Shown here in pieces: positions 37,265 through 47,441 of a DNA stretch of 64,000 bases. Both the position numbers and the translations under genes were made by a program. Source of the stretch: an uncultured Chloroflexia bacterium. Lineage in GTDB: Bacteria > Chloroflexota > Limnocylindria > Limnocylindrales > CSP1-4. The stretch's first letter is position 1. Each line of letters opens with the position of its first letter. The notes under the pieces are model-generated. The model did no database searches. It worked only from the letters and a program-made list of their open reading frames with translations, and was not told the origin of the DNA. Where the stretch lies: contig CAVZFY010000007.1 of assembly GCA_963774695.1 (NCBI GenBank), positions 369,069-433,068 on the forward strand, in the 5' to 3' direction.

Positions 37265-38052
37265 CAGATGAGCCTCCGGTCCGCGAGGAAGTCGGCGATC
37301 TCGCGCGCCGCGTCGGCCGCCGGCGCCTTGACCACGCGGCCCTTGGCCCGCGCCGGCGGCGGATCCGCGGCGATCACCCTCGTCGCCCACGTGCCCGCGA
37401 GCGACGCCACATCGTCCGCTCCGAGGTCCGCGAGCGACTTGACCGCGATCTCGCGCTGGCGCGCGGCCATGATCCCCTTCAGCGACGGGTAGCGCGGCGC
37501 GCCGAGCGCCTGGGTGCACGAGATGACCGCCGGCATCGGCGCCTCGATCAGGTCGTAGCCCTTCGCGGAGAGGCGCTTCACCCGGACGCGTCCCGCGGCG
37601 GGATCGGGCTCGATGGCGGCGGCCGCCGACAGGAGCGGCAGGCCGAGGCGGGCCGCGACGCCGGCGGCGACGGCACCGCCGGTCCCGTCGGACGTGTCGA
37701 GGCCGGTCAGGAGGAGGTCGAACGTCTCCTGCGCGGCCGCCGCGGCGAGGACGCGCACCGTCGCGGGGAGGTCGGCGCCCTCGAGGGCCGGGTCGGTGAC
37801 CAGGACGCCGCGCTGGGCGCCCATCGCGAGCGCCTTGCGCATGGTCTCGATGGCATTCGCTGGAGCCATCGCCAGGATCGCGACCTCGCCCTCGTGGGCC
37901 TCGACGAGCTGCAGGGCCGCCTCGAGCGCGTACTCGTCGTTGCCGTTGACGACGGTCGGCGAGGCGGCGCGATCGAGCCGGAGGTCGGGGCCGAAGCGCT
38001 CCGCGTTCGCCGCCGGGTCGGGAACGGGCTTCGTCAGGACGAGGATTTGCAC
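37264..38052 (-). CDS. etfB: Electron transfer flavoprotein beta subunit
   Basis: MQILVLTKPVPDPAANAERFGPDLRLDRAASPTVVNGNDEYALEAALQLVEAHEGEVAILAMAPANAIETMRKALAMGAQRGVLVTD... 262 aa, intact. Stop overlaps the etfA start. Confidence 0.85.
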   Translation of the reverse strand: MQILVLTKPVPDPAANAERFGPDLRLDRAASPTVVNGNDEYALEAALQLVEAHEGEVAILAMAPANAIETMRKALAMGAQRGVLVTDPALEGADLPATVRVLAAAAAQETFDLLLTGLDTSDGTGGAVAAGVAARLGLPLLSAAAAIEPDPAAGRVRVKRLSAKGYDLIEAPMPAVISCTQALGAPRYPSLKGIMAARQREIAVKSLADLGADDVASLAGTWATRVIAADPPPARAKGRVVKAPAADAAREIADFLADRRLI

Positions 38053-38101
38053 GAGGCCAAACGCTCCTGGATCGGGTGGTGGCTGGTCTGGGGGACGGCG
38101 C

Positions 38102-39281
38102 TCACGGATGGCGCGCGAGCAACGCGCGGGCGACGATCAACCGCTGGATCTGCTGGGTTCCTTCGTACAGCTGCGTGATCTTGGCGTCGCGCATCATCCG
38201 CTCGACCGGGTATTCGTCGACGTAGCCGTATCCCCCGAACACCTGCACCGCATCGGTCGTCACCCGCATCGCGGCGTCACCGGCCACGAGTTTACAGATG
38301 GCCGCCCACCTGGCGGCGTCGGGGGCACCCGCCTCGATCTCCTGGCACGCGGTGTAGAGCAGGTGGCGCGCGGCCTCGGTCGAGGCGTCCATGTCGGCGA
38401 GCATCGCCTGGACCATCTGGAGCTCGCCGATCGGCGCCCCGAACTGGCGGCGCTCGGTCGCGTGGCGGGTCGCCGCCTCGAGGGCGCCCTGCGCGATGCC
38501 GACGGCCTGGGCGGCGATCCCCGGGCGCGATCGCTCGAACGTCTGCATCGCGATCGCGAAGCCCTGGCCCTCCTCGCCCAGCCGGTTCGCCGACGGGGAC
38601 GCGCAGCCCGTCGAACGCGAGCTCGGCCGTGGGCGAGCCGCGGATCCCCATCTTGTGCTCGAGCCGCGTGACCTTGAAGCCCGGGCGGTCGGTCTCGACG
38701 ACGATCGCCGACAGCCGCCGGCTGGTGCGCTCCGCGTCCGGGTTGGTGACGGCGAACACCACGACCAGGTCGGCGACGCTGGCGTGGCTGATGAACCGCT
38801 TGCCGCCGTCGATGACGTACTCGTCGCCGTCGCGGACGGCCTTCGTCCGGATGCCCGACGGGTCCGACCCGGCGTCGGCCTCGGTGAGGGCGAACGCGAT
38901 GAGCCGCTCACCGGAGGCGAGCCCCGGCAGCCAGCGGTCCTGCTGTTCGGGCGAGCCGGCGACCTGGATCGGGATCGCGCCCAGCGACTGCACGGCGAGG
39001 ATCAGGCCCGACGTTGCGCACGCACGGCTGATCTGCTCGATCGCGAGGCACAGGGTCAGCAGGTCCGCGCCGAGGCCGCCGTGTCGCTCGGCGAACGGGA
39101 TCGCGAGGATGTCGTGGCTCGCGAGGAGCCGGCGAACGTCGTCCGGCCACTCGGCCGTCCGGTCGATGTCGGCGGCCCGCGGGGCGATCTGCTCGTCCGC
39201 CAGCTCGCGGACCGCGTCGCGCAGGAGGACCTGGTCCTCCGTGAGGCGGATCGAGCCGTGGGCACGGTCGTTGGTGGTCAC
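38102..39281 (-). CDS. Acyl-CoA dehydrogenase; frameshift near 38600
   Basis: LTEDQVLLRDAVRELADEQIAPRAADIDRTAEWPDDV...AFALTEADAGSDPSGIRTKAVRDGDEYVIDGGKRFISHASVADLVVVFAVT...GFKVTRLEHKMGIRGSPTAELAFDGLRVP, then GEEGQGFAIAMQTFERSRPGIAAQAVGIAQGALEAATRHATERRQFGAPIGELQMVQAMLADMDAS...DAVQVFGGYGYVDEYPVERMMRDAKITQLYEGTQQIQRLIVARALL. Confidence 0.85.
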
Positions 39282-39418
39282 GCAGGGGCCATGCTAGCAG
39301 CCGGTCAGGGGCCGATCGTCGGGGATGACAAGTGGCGCGCACACGCCTAGGCTGACCCGACCAACGCGCGCCCACGACGACCGGCAGGGGACGGTCGGCG
39401 ACGCGCCTGGAGGCAGGC

Positions 39419-39643
39419 ATGGACCAGACCTACTTGGTGCTCCTGGGCATCGCGATCCTGGTCGCGGTCGGGATGGGCCTCAGGATCCGGAGTCGCGTCC
39501 TCGCGGACCGCGCCGACCAGTCTCCCGCTGAGTCGCCGTTCGCCGTCTCGACCGAGGGCGACAAGATCTGCCCCAACTGCGGCATGGGCAACCTCTGGAC
39601 CGAGCGCCGCTGCAGCGCGTGCGGCCGGCCGCTCAAGGGCTGA
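39419..39643 (+). CDS. Small membrane-anchored zinc-ribbon protein (74 aa)
   Basis: MDQTYLVLLGIAILVAVGMGLRIRSRVLADRADQSPAESPFAVSTEGDKICPNCGMGNLWTERRCSACGRPLKG. One TM helix plus a CPNC...CSAC zinc-ribbon motif. Confidence 0.45.
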   Translation: MDQTYLVLLGIAILVAVGMGLRIRSRVLADRADQSPAESPFAVSTEGDKICPNCGMGNLWTERRCSACGRPLKG

Positions 39644-39653
39644 TCCCCCGCCG

Positions 39654-41788
39654 CTAGAGCACCGGGAGCTGGCGGCCCTCCGGGACCTGGCGGCCGCCGA
39701 ACGGCACGATCGCGGCCGCCAGCAGCTCGCTGATGTCCTGCGCGCTGACCTGGTCCTCGCTGCCGACGCCCCGCCCCGCGTCGTTGAGCCCGTCGCGCAG
39801 CATCACCATGCAGAACGGGCACGCCGTCGCGAGCGTGTCGGCACCGGTCGCGAGGACCTGCTGCGTCCGCGCCGCGTTGATCCGCGTGCCGCGGGTCTCC
39901 TCCATCCACATCCGGCCGCCGCCGGCGCCGCAGCAGAACGTCTGGCGGCCGCTGTTGTCCATCTCGCGCAGCTCGATGCCCGGGATCGCGCCCAGGACCT
40001 CGCGCGGCGGCGCGATCACGCCGTTGTAGCGCGCCAGGTAGCAGGAGTCGTGGTAGGTCACCGTCCGGCCCGGCAGGCCGTCCGCGCCCAGCTGCAGCCG
40101 GCCGGCCGCGACCAGCCCCGAGAGGTACTCGCTGTGGTGGCGGATCGTGAACGAGCCGCCGAGCTGGCCGTACTCGTTGCCGATCGTGTTGAAGCAGTGC
40201 GGGCAGGCCGTGACGATCGTCCGCTCCCCCATCCGGTAGCGGTTGAGCGTCTCGACGTTGCTGCGTCGCCAGGATCTGGAACACGTACTCGTTGCCCATC
40301 CGCCGGGCCGGGTCGCCGGTGCACGACTCCTCCTGGCCCAGGACCGCGAACGAGACGCCGGCGGCGTCGAGGCAGGTCGCGACCGCGCGGGCGACCCGGC
40401 GGTTGCGGTCGTCGAACGCCGCCGCGCAGCCGACCCAGTACAGGACCTCGAGGGCGTCGAGCTCGCCGCGCGGCCTGGACCTGCGGCGACCGTCCGGACC
40501 TCGAACGGCAGGCCCTTCGCCCAGTCGAGGCGGGCCGACGGCGGCTGGCCCCACGGGTTGGCGACGCTCTCCATGTCCTTGAACGCGCGCGGTCAGCTCC
40601 TGCGGGAAGCGCGCTGTCCTCGAGCACGAGGTTGCGCCGCAGCCCGACGATCTTGTCGACGTGCTCGATGGTGACCGGGCACGCCTCGACGCACGCGCCG
40701 CAGGTGACGCAGTCCCAGACGGCGTCGTACGGGATCGCGGTGTCGACGAGTGGCCGGGCGAGCGCGGTCGCGGGCAGCCGGTCGTCGAGGGCCGGCGATG
40801 ACGCGCGCACCGACGGCGAGTTCGGGATCAGCGGGAGGCCGGCCTCCGCGTCGACCGCCTCGTCGCGGATGCCCATGATGAACGTCTTGGGGTTGAGCGG
40901 CTTGCCGGTGTTCCAGGCCGGGCACGCCTCCTGGCAGCGGCCGCACTCGGTGCAGGTGAAGCCGTCGAGCAGGTCCTTCCACGACAGGTCGGCGACGGTC
41001 CGGATGCCGAACGTCGCGTCCTCGGCCTCGAGGTCCATCGCCGGCAGCTCGCCGCGCGGCCGGAGCTTGCGGAGCGCGATGTTGAGGATCGCGGTCGCGA
41101 TGTGGAGGTGCTTGCTGAACGGCAGGTAGCACAGGAACGCGGCCACGAGCGCGATGTGCGCCCACCACAGGACGCCGAAGATCGCCTGCAGCGTCGCCGG
41201 GTCGCCACCCGCGAGCGCGTCGCCCGCGGCGTTGGCGATGAACGCGCCCGGGACCTCGCCGTACGCCGCGACCTGGAACACCTGCGCGAGGAGCTCGGTC
41301 GCGACGACGCCGCCGATCATGCCCAGGATCAGGAGCGCGTCGCGGTTGAACGTGAGGCGCTTGGGCTTCGTGACCAGCCGCCGCCAGAACGCCCACGCGA
41401 TCGAGACGCAGGACGATGACGGCGACGACGTTCTGCATCGCGCTGACCGCGGTCCACAGCGCGCCGTCGAACGGGATCGAGAGGATCGCCTCGATCAGGC
41501 CGCCGGTGACGATGTTGGCGGTGCCGATCGTGAGCAGCACGAAGCCCCAGAAGATCCCCGCGTGCAGGATGCCCGGCGCGCGCGTCCCGGAACATCCGCG
41601 TCTGGACGATCCCGTAGCGGAGCGTCCCCCACAGGCGCGCGGCCGGCGTGGTCGGTCGGGCTCGCGTTGCGCGCGGCCGCGAACACCCGCAGGTGGCGCG
41701 CCATCGCCAGCGCGAAGAACGCCGCGGCGCCCCAGAACACCGGGAACACCAGCGGGTAGGCGGGGACGTCGGCGAAGGCGGGGAACAC
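39654..41788 (-). CDS. Membrane-bound iron-sulfur reductase: NarI-like TM domain + 2x[4Fe-4S] ferredoxin + HdrD-like cysteine-rich CCG domains (homolog of mycobacterial Rv0338c-type Fe-S-binding reductase); several frameshifts
   Basis: MFPAFADVPAYPLVFPVFWGAAAFFALAMARHLRVFAAA... and GVLWWAHIALVAAFLCYLPFSKHLHIATAILNIAL (TM). FTCTECGRCQEACPAWNTGKPLNPKTFI and VWDCVTCGACVEACPVTIEHVDKIVGLRRN (ferredoxin motifs). CPHCFNTIGNEYGQ...YHDSCYLARYNGV...FCCGAGGGRMWMEE...ATACPFCMVMLRDG (CCG domains). Confidence 0.7.
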
Positions 41789-41789
41789 G

Positions 41790-42348
41790 TCAGCGGCCGG
41801 CGGCGGGATCCAGCGTCGGGCTCGACCGGCTCGCCCGGCGGCAGGTCAGCGCGGCCGCCGGCCCGCGCGGCGGCATGGTCGAACGGCCCGACAGCGTCTC
41901 GAGCGCGTGGTCGAGCAGCGGGACGACGACCTCGAACGACTCGAGCGCGCCGCGCGGCGACCCCGGCACGTTGACGATCAGGCTCCCGCCGCGCACGCCG
42001 ACGAGGCCGCGCGACAGGGCGGCAAACGGCGTCGAGCGGCGCCCGTCGGCGCGCATCGCCTCGGCGATCCCCGGAACCTCGTACTCGAGCACCGCCGACG
42101 TCGCCTGCGGCGTCACGTCGCGCGGCGTCAGGCCGGTCCCGCCGGTGGTCACGACCAGGCGGTGCGCCGCGGCGCCCGACGACGAGCGCCTCCTCGATCT
42201 CCCAGCGCTCGTCCGGCACCACCCGCCGCTCGACGCCGAACCCGAGCTCGACGAGGCGCGCCTCCAGCGCGGCGCCCGACGCGTCCTCGCGCGAGCCCGC
42301 GGCGCTCCGGTCGCTCACGGTGAGGACGAGCGCGGACCGGTCGGGCAT
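41790..42348 (-). CDS. mog: Molybdopterin adenylyltransferase MogA/MoaB family; frameshift; 3' end approximate
   Basis: ATG at 42348. MPDRSALVLTVSDRSAAGSREDASGAALEARLVELGFGVERRVVPDERWEIEEALV, then in another frame TTGGTGLTPRDVTPQATSAVLEYEVPGIAEAMRADG...GSLIVNVPGSPRGALESFEVVVPLLDHALETLSG. Start overlaps the moaC stop. Confidence 0.65.
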
Positions 42349-42935
42349 CAGGGCCTGCGGCTCTTCGCGATCCGGCCCGCGCTCCGGTCGCCCGGGCCTG
42401 CCCTTCGGCCGCGGCGCGGGGTCGCCGGCGACGGCCGGTGCCACTCGCCGCTCTTGCCGCCGCTCTTCGAGACGAGGCGGAGGCCCCGCACCTCGACCCC
42501 ACGCTCGACGCCCTTGACCATGTCGTACACGGTGAGCGCGGCGATCGACGCCGCGGTCATCGCCTCCATCTCGACGCCCGTCGGGCCCGTGGTCGCGGCC
42601 TCGGCGCGGACCCGGAGGACGCCCGCGGCCCGGTCCGGCGCGATCGACACCACCAGGTCCGTGAGCGCGATCGGGTGGCACAGCGGGATCAGCTCGGAGG
42701 TCCGCTTGCCGCCCATGACGCCGGCGAGCTCGGCGACCGTGAGGACGTCGCCCTTCGCGCCGCCCCCGTCGATGACCAGGCTCATCGTCTCGGCGGAGAC
42801 CGCGATCTCCGCCTCGGCGACGGCTCGGCGGGCGGTCGCGGGCTTCGCGCTGACGTCCACCATGCGCGGCCGCCCACGGCGATCGACGTGGGTGAGGCGG
42901 CGGCGCTCGGCGCGCGTGGGCTCGTGCGAATCCAT
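42348..42935 (-). CDS. moaC: Cyclic pyranopterin monophosphate synthase MoaC; the C-terminal ~30 aa extension is possibly an artefact
   Basis: LTHVDRRGRPRMVDVSAKPATARRAVAEAEIAVSAETMSLVIDGGGAKGDVLTVAELAGVMGGKRTSELIPLCHPIALTDLVVS...GVEMEAMTAASIAALTVYDMVKGVERGVEVRGLRLVSKSGGKSGEW. Confidence 0.85.
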   Translation of the reverse strand: MDSHEPTRAERRRLTHVDRRGRPRMVDVSAKPATARRAVAEAEIAVSAETMSLVIDGGGAKGDVLTVAELAGVMGGKRTSELIPLCHPIALTDLVVSIAPDRAAGVLRVRAEAATTGPTGVEMEAMTAASIAALTVYDMVKGVERGVEVRGLRLVSKSGGKSGEWHRPSPATPRRGRRAGPGDRSAGRIAKSRRP

Positions 42936-42971
42936 GGACCCTCCTGCACCGACGATGCTAGCGGTCGCGGG

Positions 42972-44298
42972 CTACCCCCGGTCGAGCCAGCGCAGCTCGA
43001 CCTCGGAACCGGCCTCGGCCCGCTCGAGCGGCTCGGGGATGACCGCGAGCGCGTCGGCGGCGGCGAGCGACGAGAGCACGTGGCTCCCCTGCCCGCCCGC
43101 GAGGCGCACGCGGACCCGGCCCTTGCGCGTCGCGCACGGGCAGGCCGTCCGCGTCCCGGATCGACGTCACGCGCTGGTAGCCGCGCCGGCCCTTGCTCTT
43201 GGAGACGGCCTCCTCGAGCACGGCGCGATCGACGGGCCGGTGCAGGCGCGGTCTGCCCGGCCAGGCGCCGGATCACCGGCCGCACGAACAGCTCGAACGT
43301 GACGAACGACGAGACCGGGTTGCCCGGCAGGCCGAACAGGAGCACCGGGTGGCGGCGGCCGCCGACGTCGGCGCGGCCGAACGCGAACGGCTTGCCCGGC
43401 TGCACCGCGACGCGCCACAGGTTGATGTGGCCGACGGCGTCGAAGGCCAGGCGCACGACGTCGTACGGCCCGACCGACACGCCGCCCGACACGACGACGA
43501 TGTCGGCCTCGGCGATCCCGCGCCGCAGCCTGCGCCTCGACGTCCTCGAGCCGGTCGGCCGCGATCCCGAGCTCCAGGGGCACCGCCGCCGGCCTCCCGC
43601 ACCAGCGCGCGGATCCCGGGGCCGTTCGCGTCCGGGATCCCCGCCGGCCCGAGGTCGGTCCCGGCCGCCCGGACCTCGTCGCCGGTCGCGAGCACCGCGA
43701 CGATCGGACGGCGGCGGACGACGACGTCGGCGAGGCCCGCGCCCGATGCCAGCGCCACGACGGCCGGCGTCACCGTCACGCCCGGCTCGACGACCGTCGC
43801 GCCGGCCTCGACGTCGCTCCCGCGCGTCCGCACGGCGTTGCCCGGCTCGACCGGCTCGTGGACGAGGCACGCCGCGGGCAACGGGCCGGCCGCATCGCGG
43901 CCGCGCGGCCCGGGGTTGCCCGTGGCGTCGAGCGGCGTCGTGATCTCGACCGGGACCACGGCGTCGGCGCCCGCGGGCATCGGGGCGCCGGTCGCGATCC
44001 GGATCGCGGTCTCGGGCATCACCCGGGCATCGGGCGCCGAGCCCGCCCGCGACTCGCCGACGACCGTGAGCCGCACGGGCCGGCCCTCGGACGCGCCGGC
44101 CACGTCCGCGGCGCGCACCGCGTAGCCGTCCATCGCGGAGTTGTCCCACGGCGGCAGCGAGACGCCCGCGACGATCGGCTCGGCCAGCACGCGACCGAGC
44201 GCCGCCTCGGGGACGATCCGCTCGACGTCGGCCAGCGGCTCGACGCCGGCGAGCACCGTCGCCTGGGCCGCCTCGACGGCGAGGAGCTCGCCGCTCAT
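42972..44298 (-). CDS. moeA: Molybdopterin molybdotransferase MoeA; at least 3 frameshifts
   Basis: MSGELLAVEAAQATVLAGVEPLADVERIVPEAALGRVLAEPIVAGVSLPPWDNSAMDGYAVRAADV...GSDVEAGATVVEPGVTVTPAVVALASGAGLADVVVRRRPIVAVLATGDEV. In other frames: DIVVVSGGVSVGPYDVVRLAFDAVGHINLWRVAVQPGKPFAFGRA...LLFGLPGNPVSSFVTFELFVRPVIRRL and the C-terminal ...VELRWLDRG*. Confidence 0.8.
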
Positions 44299-44317
44299 CG
44301 GATCCCCACGTGCGCGC

Positions 44318-45458
44318 TCACGCGGTCTTGGCCGCCTGCGCCGCGGCGAGCCCGCGGATCGTGTCCGCGAGGCTCTCGCGCGTGACGAGGCCGGCGAGCT
44401 GCCCCTCGTCGGCGACCGCGAGGCCGTCGAGGCCCGCCTCGTTCATCGCCTCGACCGCGTCCCACAGCGCGTCCGACGGCGCCAGCACCGGCGCCTGCGG
44501 CGGCGCGGCCATCACGTCCTCGACGCGGGTGCCGCCGAACCGGCGCCGGCCGAGCCGCACGAGGCGCTTGCGCCCGAGCACGCCCACGACCTTGTCGTCG
44601 TCCACCACCGGCATCGCGGCGACGGCGTCGGCACCCTCGAACCGGTTCGCGAACGTGTCGATCGTCAGGTTCGGGCCCACGAACGGCACGTCGACGCGCA
44701 TCGCGTCCTGGACCCGGCTGCCGCGCAGGAGCTGCTCGAGCGCGAGGCGCCGCTCGCCCGTGCGGGCGCCGGTGTTGAGCAGCCAGCCGAGGGCGATGCC
44801 GATGAGCCCCTCGGTGACCTGGTCGGCGAGCACGAGGGCGACCCCGGCGCCGAGGATGGTCCAGCCGACCATCCGGCCGACGCGCGCGGTCGTGCGGTAC
44901 GCGCGATCCCGGTCGCCGTGACGCGACCACGCGAACGCGCGCACGACCCGGCCGCCGTCGAGCGGCATCGCCGGCACGACGCTGAGGACCCCGAGGATCA
45001 GGTTCAGGACGCCCACGATGACGATGCCGCCGGCGATCGGCGTCGACGCGGGCACCAGCGTTCCGAGCAGGACGCCCGCGACCGAGAGCACGGCGCCGAG
45101 CACGAACGAGACCAGCGGGCCGGCGACGGCGATCACGAGCTCGTCCCGCGCGGTGCTCGCCTGGATGGACAGCGGCGCGAGCCCGCCGATGAACCCGAGC
45201 ACGATCGTGGTGGTCGGCACGCCGCGTCGCCGCCCGACCAGCGCGTGGGCGAGCTCGTGCGCGATGACCGACGCCAGGAACAGCAGCGGCGACGACGATG
45301 CCGATGACGAGCTGGACGGCGGGATTCATGGTCGGGTCGCTCAGCGCGGCCTGCTGGACGCCGATGAAGGCGATCAGTGCGATGAGCACCACCCACGCGA
45401 CGGAGATCCGGAGCTCGATCCCGAGGATGCGCGCGACCGGGATCCCTCCCCCGCCCAT
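44318..45458 (-). CDS. Site-2-protease-class M50 metallopeptidase with a C-terminal CBS domain pair; frameshift near 45290
   Basis: MGGGGIPVARILGIELRISVAWVVLIALIAFIGVQQAALSDPTMNPAVQLVIGIV, then in the next frame ...TTIVLGFIGGLAPLSIQ...VVPAMPLDGGRVVRAFAWSR...(CBS) RGSRVQDAMRVDVPFVGPNLTIDTFANRF...VVDDDKVVGVLGRKRLVRL...VLAPSDALWDAVEAMNEAGLDGLAVADEGQLAGLVTRESL. Confidence 0.75.
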
Positions 45459-46174
45459 CAGCCGCCGCCCTCGGGGGCCGGCTGGAGCGAGCCCGCATCA
45501 CGTTCGGCTGCCCGTGCCTCGAGCGCGCCGGCCCGCTTCGGGGCCAGCCACGCGAGGAGCAGCGAGAGGACGATGATCACGACCCCCACGGCGATCGTCG
45601 TCTCGACCCAGAACGTCTCCGGGAACAGCTGGACGAGGCGGTCCGTGAGCGGGTCGAACAGGAACGACCCGGCCGGGAAGAACAGCTCGTGGAAGGCCTC
45701 GAACGCCGCGTCGAAGGACAGCAGGCCGACGACCCCGAGCGCGACCGTCCCCGCCGCGATGACCCGACCCGCCAGGCCGAGCCGCCGCCACAGCCGGGCA
45801 CGCGCCGTTCGGCCCCGTGCCAGCAGGAACGCCGCGACGAGCACGACCGCACCGACGACCGCGAGCGCGTAGAACGCCGCGAACACGCCGCGGACGTCGC
45901 GCATGTGCTGCTGCTCGCGCTCGTTGAGGACCGGGACCCCGTTCAGCGTGACGTCGAAGTCCGGCGGCCCCACGACGAGGTCGGCGAGGATGGCGTCGGT
46001 CGCCGTGCGGAGGTCGGCCTCGTCGAAGCCCGTCCACGCCGCGGCCTGCGCGCGCCCCTGCTCGAACGAGACCCAGGCCGGCGTGAGGAACGGCAGGATC
46101 GCGATCGCGATGATGACGAGCGCCGTGGCGATGCCGACGACGAGGGACGCGAGGGCGCCGGTGAGGGTGTGCAT
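45458..46174 (-). CDS. Integral membrane protein of the DUF1461/TIGR01906 (Lit, lipoprotein intramolecular transacylase-like) family
   Basis: MHTLTGALASLVVGIATALVIIAIAILPFLTPAWVSFEQGRAQAAAWTGFDEADLRTATDAILADLVVGPPDFDVTLNGVPVLNEREQQHMRDVRGVFAAFYALAVVGAVVLVAAF...FEAFHELFFPAGSFLFDPLTDRLVQLFPETFW. 4 TM helices, intact. Confidence 0.5.
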   Translation of the reverse strand: MHTLTGALASLVVGIATALVIIAIAILPFLTPAWVSFEQGRAQAAAWTGFDEADLRTATDAILADLVVGPPDFDVTLNGVPVLNEREQQHMRDVRGVFAAFYALAVVGAVVLVAAFLLARGRTARARLWRRLGLAGRVIAAGTVALGVVGLLSFDAAFEAFHELFFPAGSFLFDPLTDRLVQLFPETFWVETTIAVGVVIIVLSLLLAWLAPKRAGALEARAAERDAGSLQPAPEGGG

Positions 46175-46189
46175 CAGGGCGCCCGGCGG

Positions 46190-46590
46190 CTACTCCTCCT
46201 CGAGCGTCCGGGCCTGCTCCCACCAGGTGTCGACCATGAGGTCCGCCGGCGCGGGCCAGTTGAGCTCCACCGCCGCGCGACCGAGTCGGGTGCGGAACGG
46301 CTCGAGGTCGGCCTCGAGGATGTCGCGCAGCCCCTCGATGCCGGCCTGGATGAACAGCTGGTGCTCGTCGGGCCCGAACCCGGCGAGGTTCAGCATCAGG
46401 CCCTCGTCGCGCCAGGCGAGGACGTCGGTCAGGTCGGCCCGGACGTGGTCCGCGAGGTACTGGCGCCTCGTCGGCGTCTCCGAGACCTCGAGCAGGATGC
46501 CGGTCGTGAACACGCCCTGCTTCTCGAGGCGCTCGAGGTAAACGGGCTCGATGCGGGTGAGCTCGGTGATGGGCGGCACGGGCGGGTTCG
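46190..46590 (-). CDS. DUF4332 (helix-hairpin-helix-like) domain protein; start uncertain
   Basis: PITELTRIEPVYLERLEKQGVFTTGILLEVSETPTRRQYLADHVRADLTDVLAWRDEGLMLNLAGFGPDEHQLFIQAGIEGLRDILEADLEPFRTRLGRAAVELNWPAPADLMVDTWWEQARTLEEE*. Confidence 0.45.
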
Positions 46591-46674
46591 GCCTCCGGTG
46601 TCGGGCGGGACGGTGGCCATTATCGCGGTCCTGACCGCGACGCGCACCGCCGCCCTCGCCGGAGGCGAGCCGGC

Positions 46675-46971
46675 CTACGACCCGGTGTAGCCCGGGATCT
46701 GGTTGCGGTTGCCGTACGCGCTGTAGCCGTAGTGGCCGAGATCGAGCAGGAACGCGAGGCCGACCCACAGCCAGTCCCAGCCCGAGAGGTTGCCGCCGGG
46801 GAACCAGAGGATCGTGTACATGAGCGTGGTGAACGGCAGGAAGATCAGGCCGAGCAGGGGCCAGATCAGGGTGCCGCCGAAGACGGCCGAGACGGCGTTT
46901 GGCCGGGCGATCCAGTAGACCGCGAACGCCAGCCGGGGAAACAGGCCCGCAAGGACCGCGAACAGGCACAT
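46675..46971 (-). CDS. Small integral membrane protein (~98 aa)
   Basis: MCLFAVLAGLFPRLAFAVYWIARPNAVSAVFGGTLIWPLLGLIFLPFTTLMYTILWFPGGNLSGWDWLWVGLAFLLDLGHYGYSAYGNRNQIPGYTGS. Confidence 0.4.
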   Translation of the reverse strand: MCLFAVLAGLFPRLAFAVYWIARPNAVSAVFGGTLIWPLLGLIFLPFTTLMYTILWFPGGNLSGWDWLWVGLAFLLDLGHYGYSAYGNRNQIPGYTGS

Positions 46972-47071
46972 TGACGAACCCTCCTCAAGACCCGGTCGGG
47001 CCCGTGGCCATTCCACCGGAGCGCGCGACCGCCGAGCATCACCCGATCTGGGTGAGCGGCCGGCACGGTCG

Positions 47072-47432
47072 TCAGCGATCGAGGACGCGATCCTCGAGCA
47101 CCACGTCCCAGTGCGCCTCGAGCAGCGCGAACCGGTGCTGCTCCTCGCGCTTGAACGTGACCTGGTCCGGGTAGAGCCGCTGGGCGATCTCCGCGTCGCT
47201 GTGCTCCTGGATCGCGGCCCAGTCGCGGTACGTGATCGAGACCAGCACGTCCCAGTCGGCCCGGCCCTCCCCGTGGAACCGCGGCGTCCACATCCGCACG
47301 TCGGTGTACCGGCCGGCCGCCAGCTGCTCGCGCAGGATCGGCCAGTGGTTGCGATCGAACAGCTCGACGAACTCGTCGTGCGCGCCCCAGCGCGTGCGGT
47401 AGAAGTACAGGATCTCGATCGGCTCGGTCATC
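47072..47432 (-). CDS. Small hypothetical protein (120 aa), possibly a dimeric alpha+beta-barrel (EthD/ABM/NIPSNAP-like) fold; overlaps the stop of the decarboxylase gene
   Basis: MTEPIEILYFYRTRWGAHDEFVELFDRNHWPILREQLAAGRYTDVRMWTPRFHGEGRADWDVLVSITYRDWAAIQEHSDAEIAQRLYPDQVTFKREEQHRFALLEAHWDVVLEDRVLDR. Confidence 0.5.
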
Positions 47433-47441
47433 GTGGCTCCC

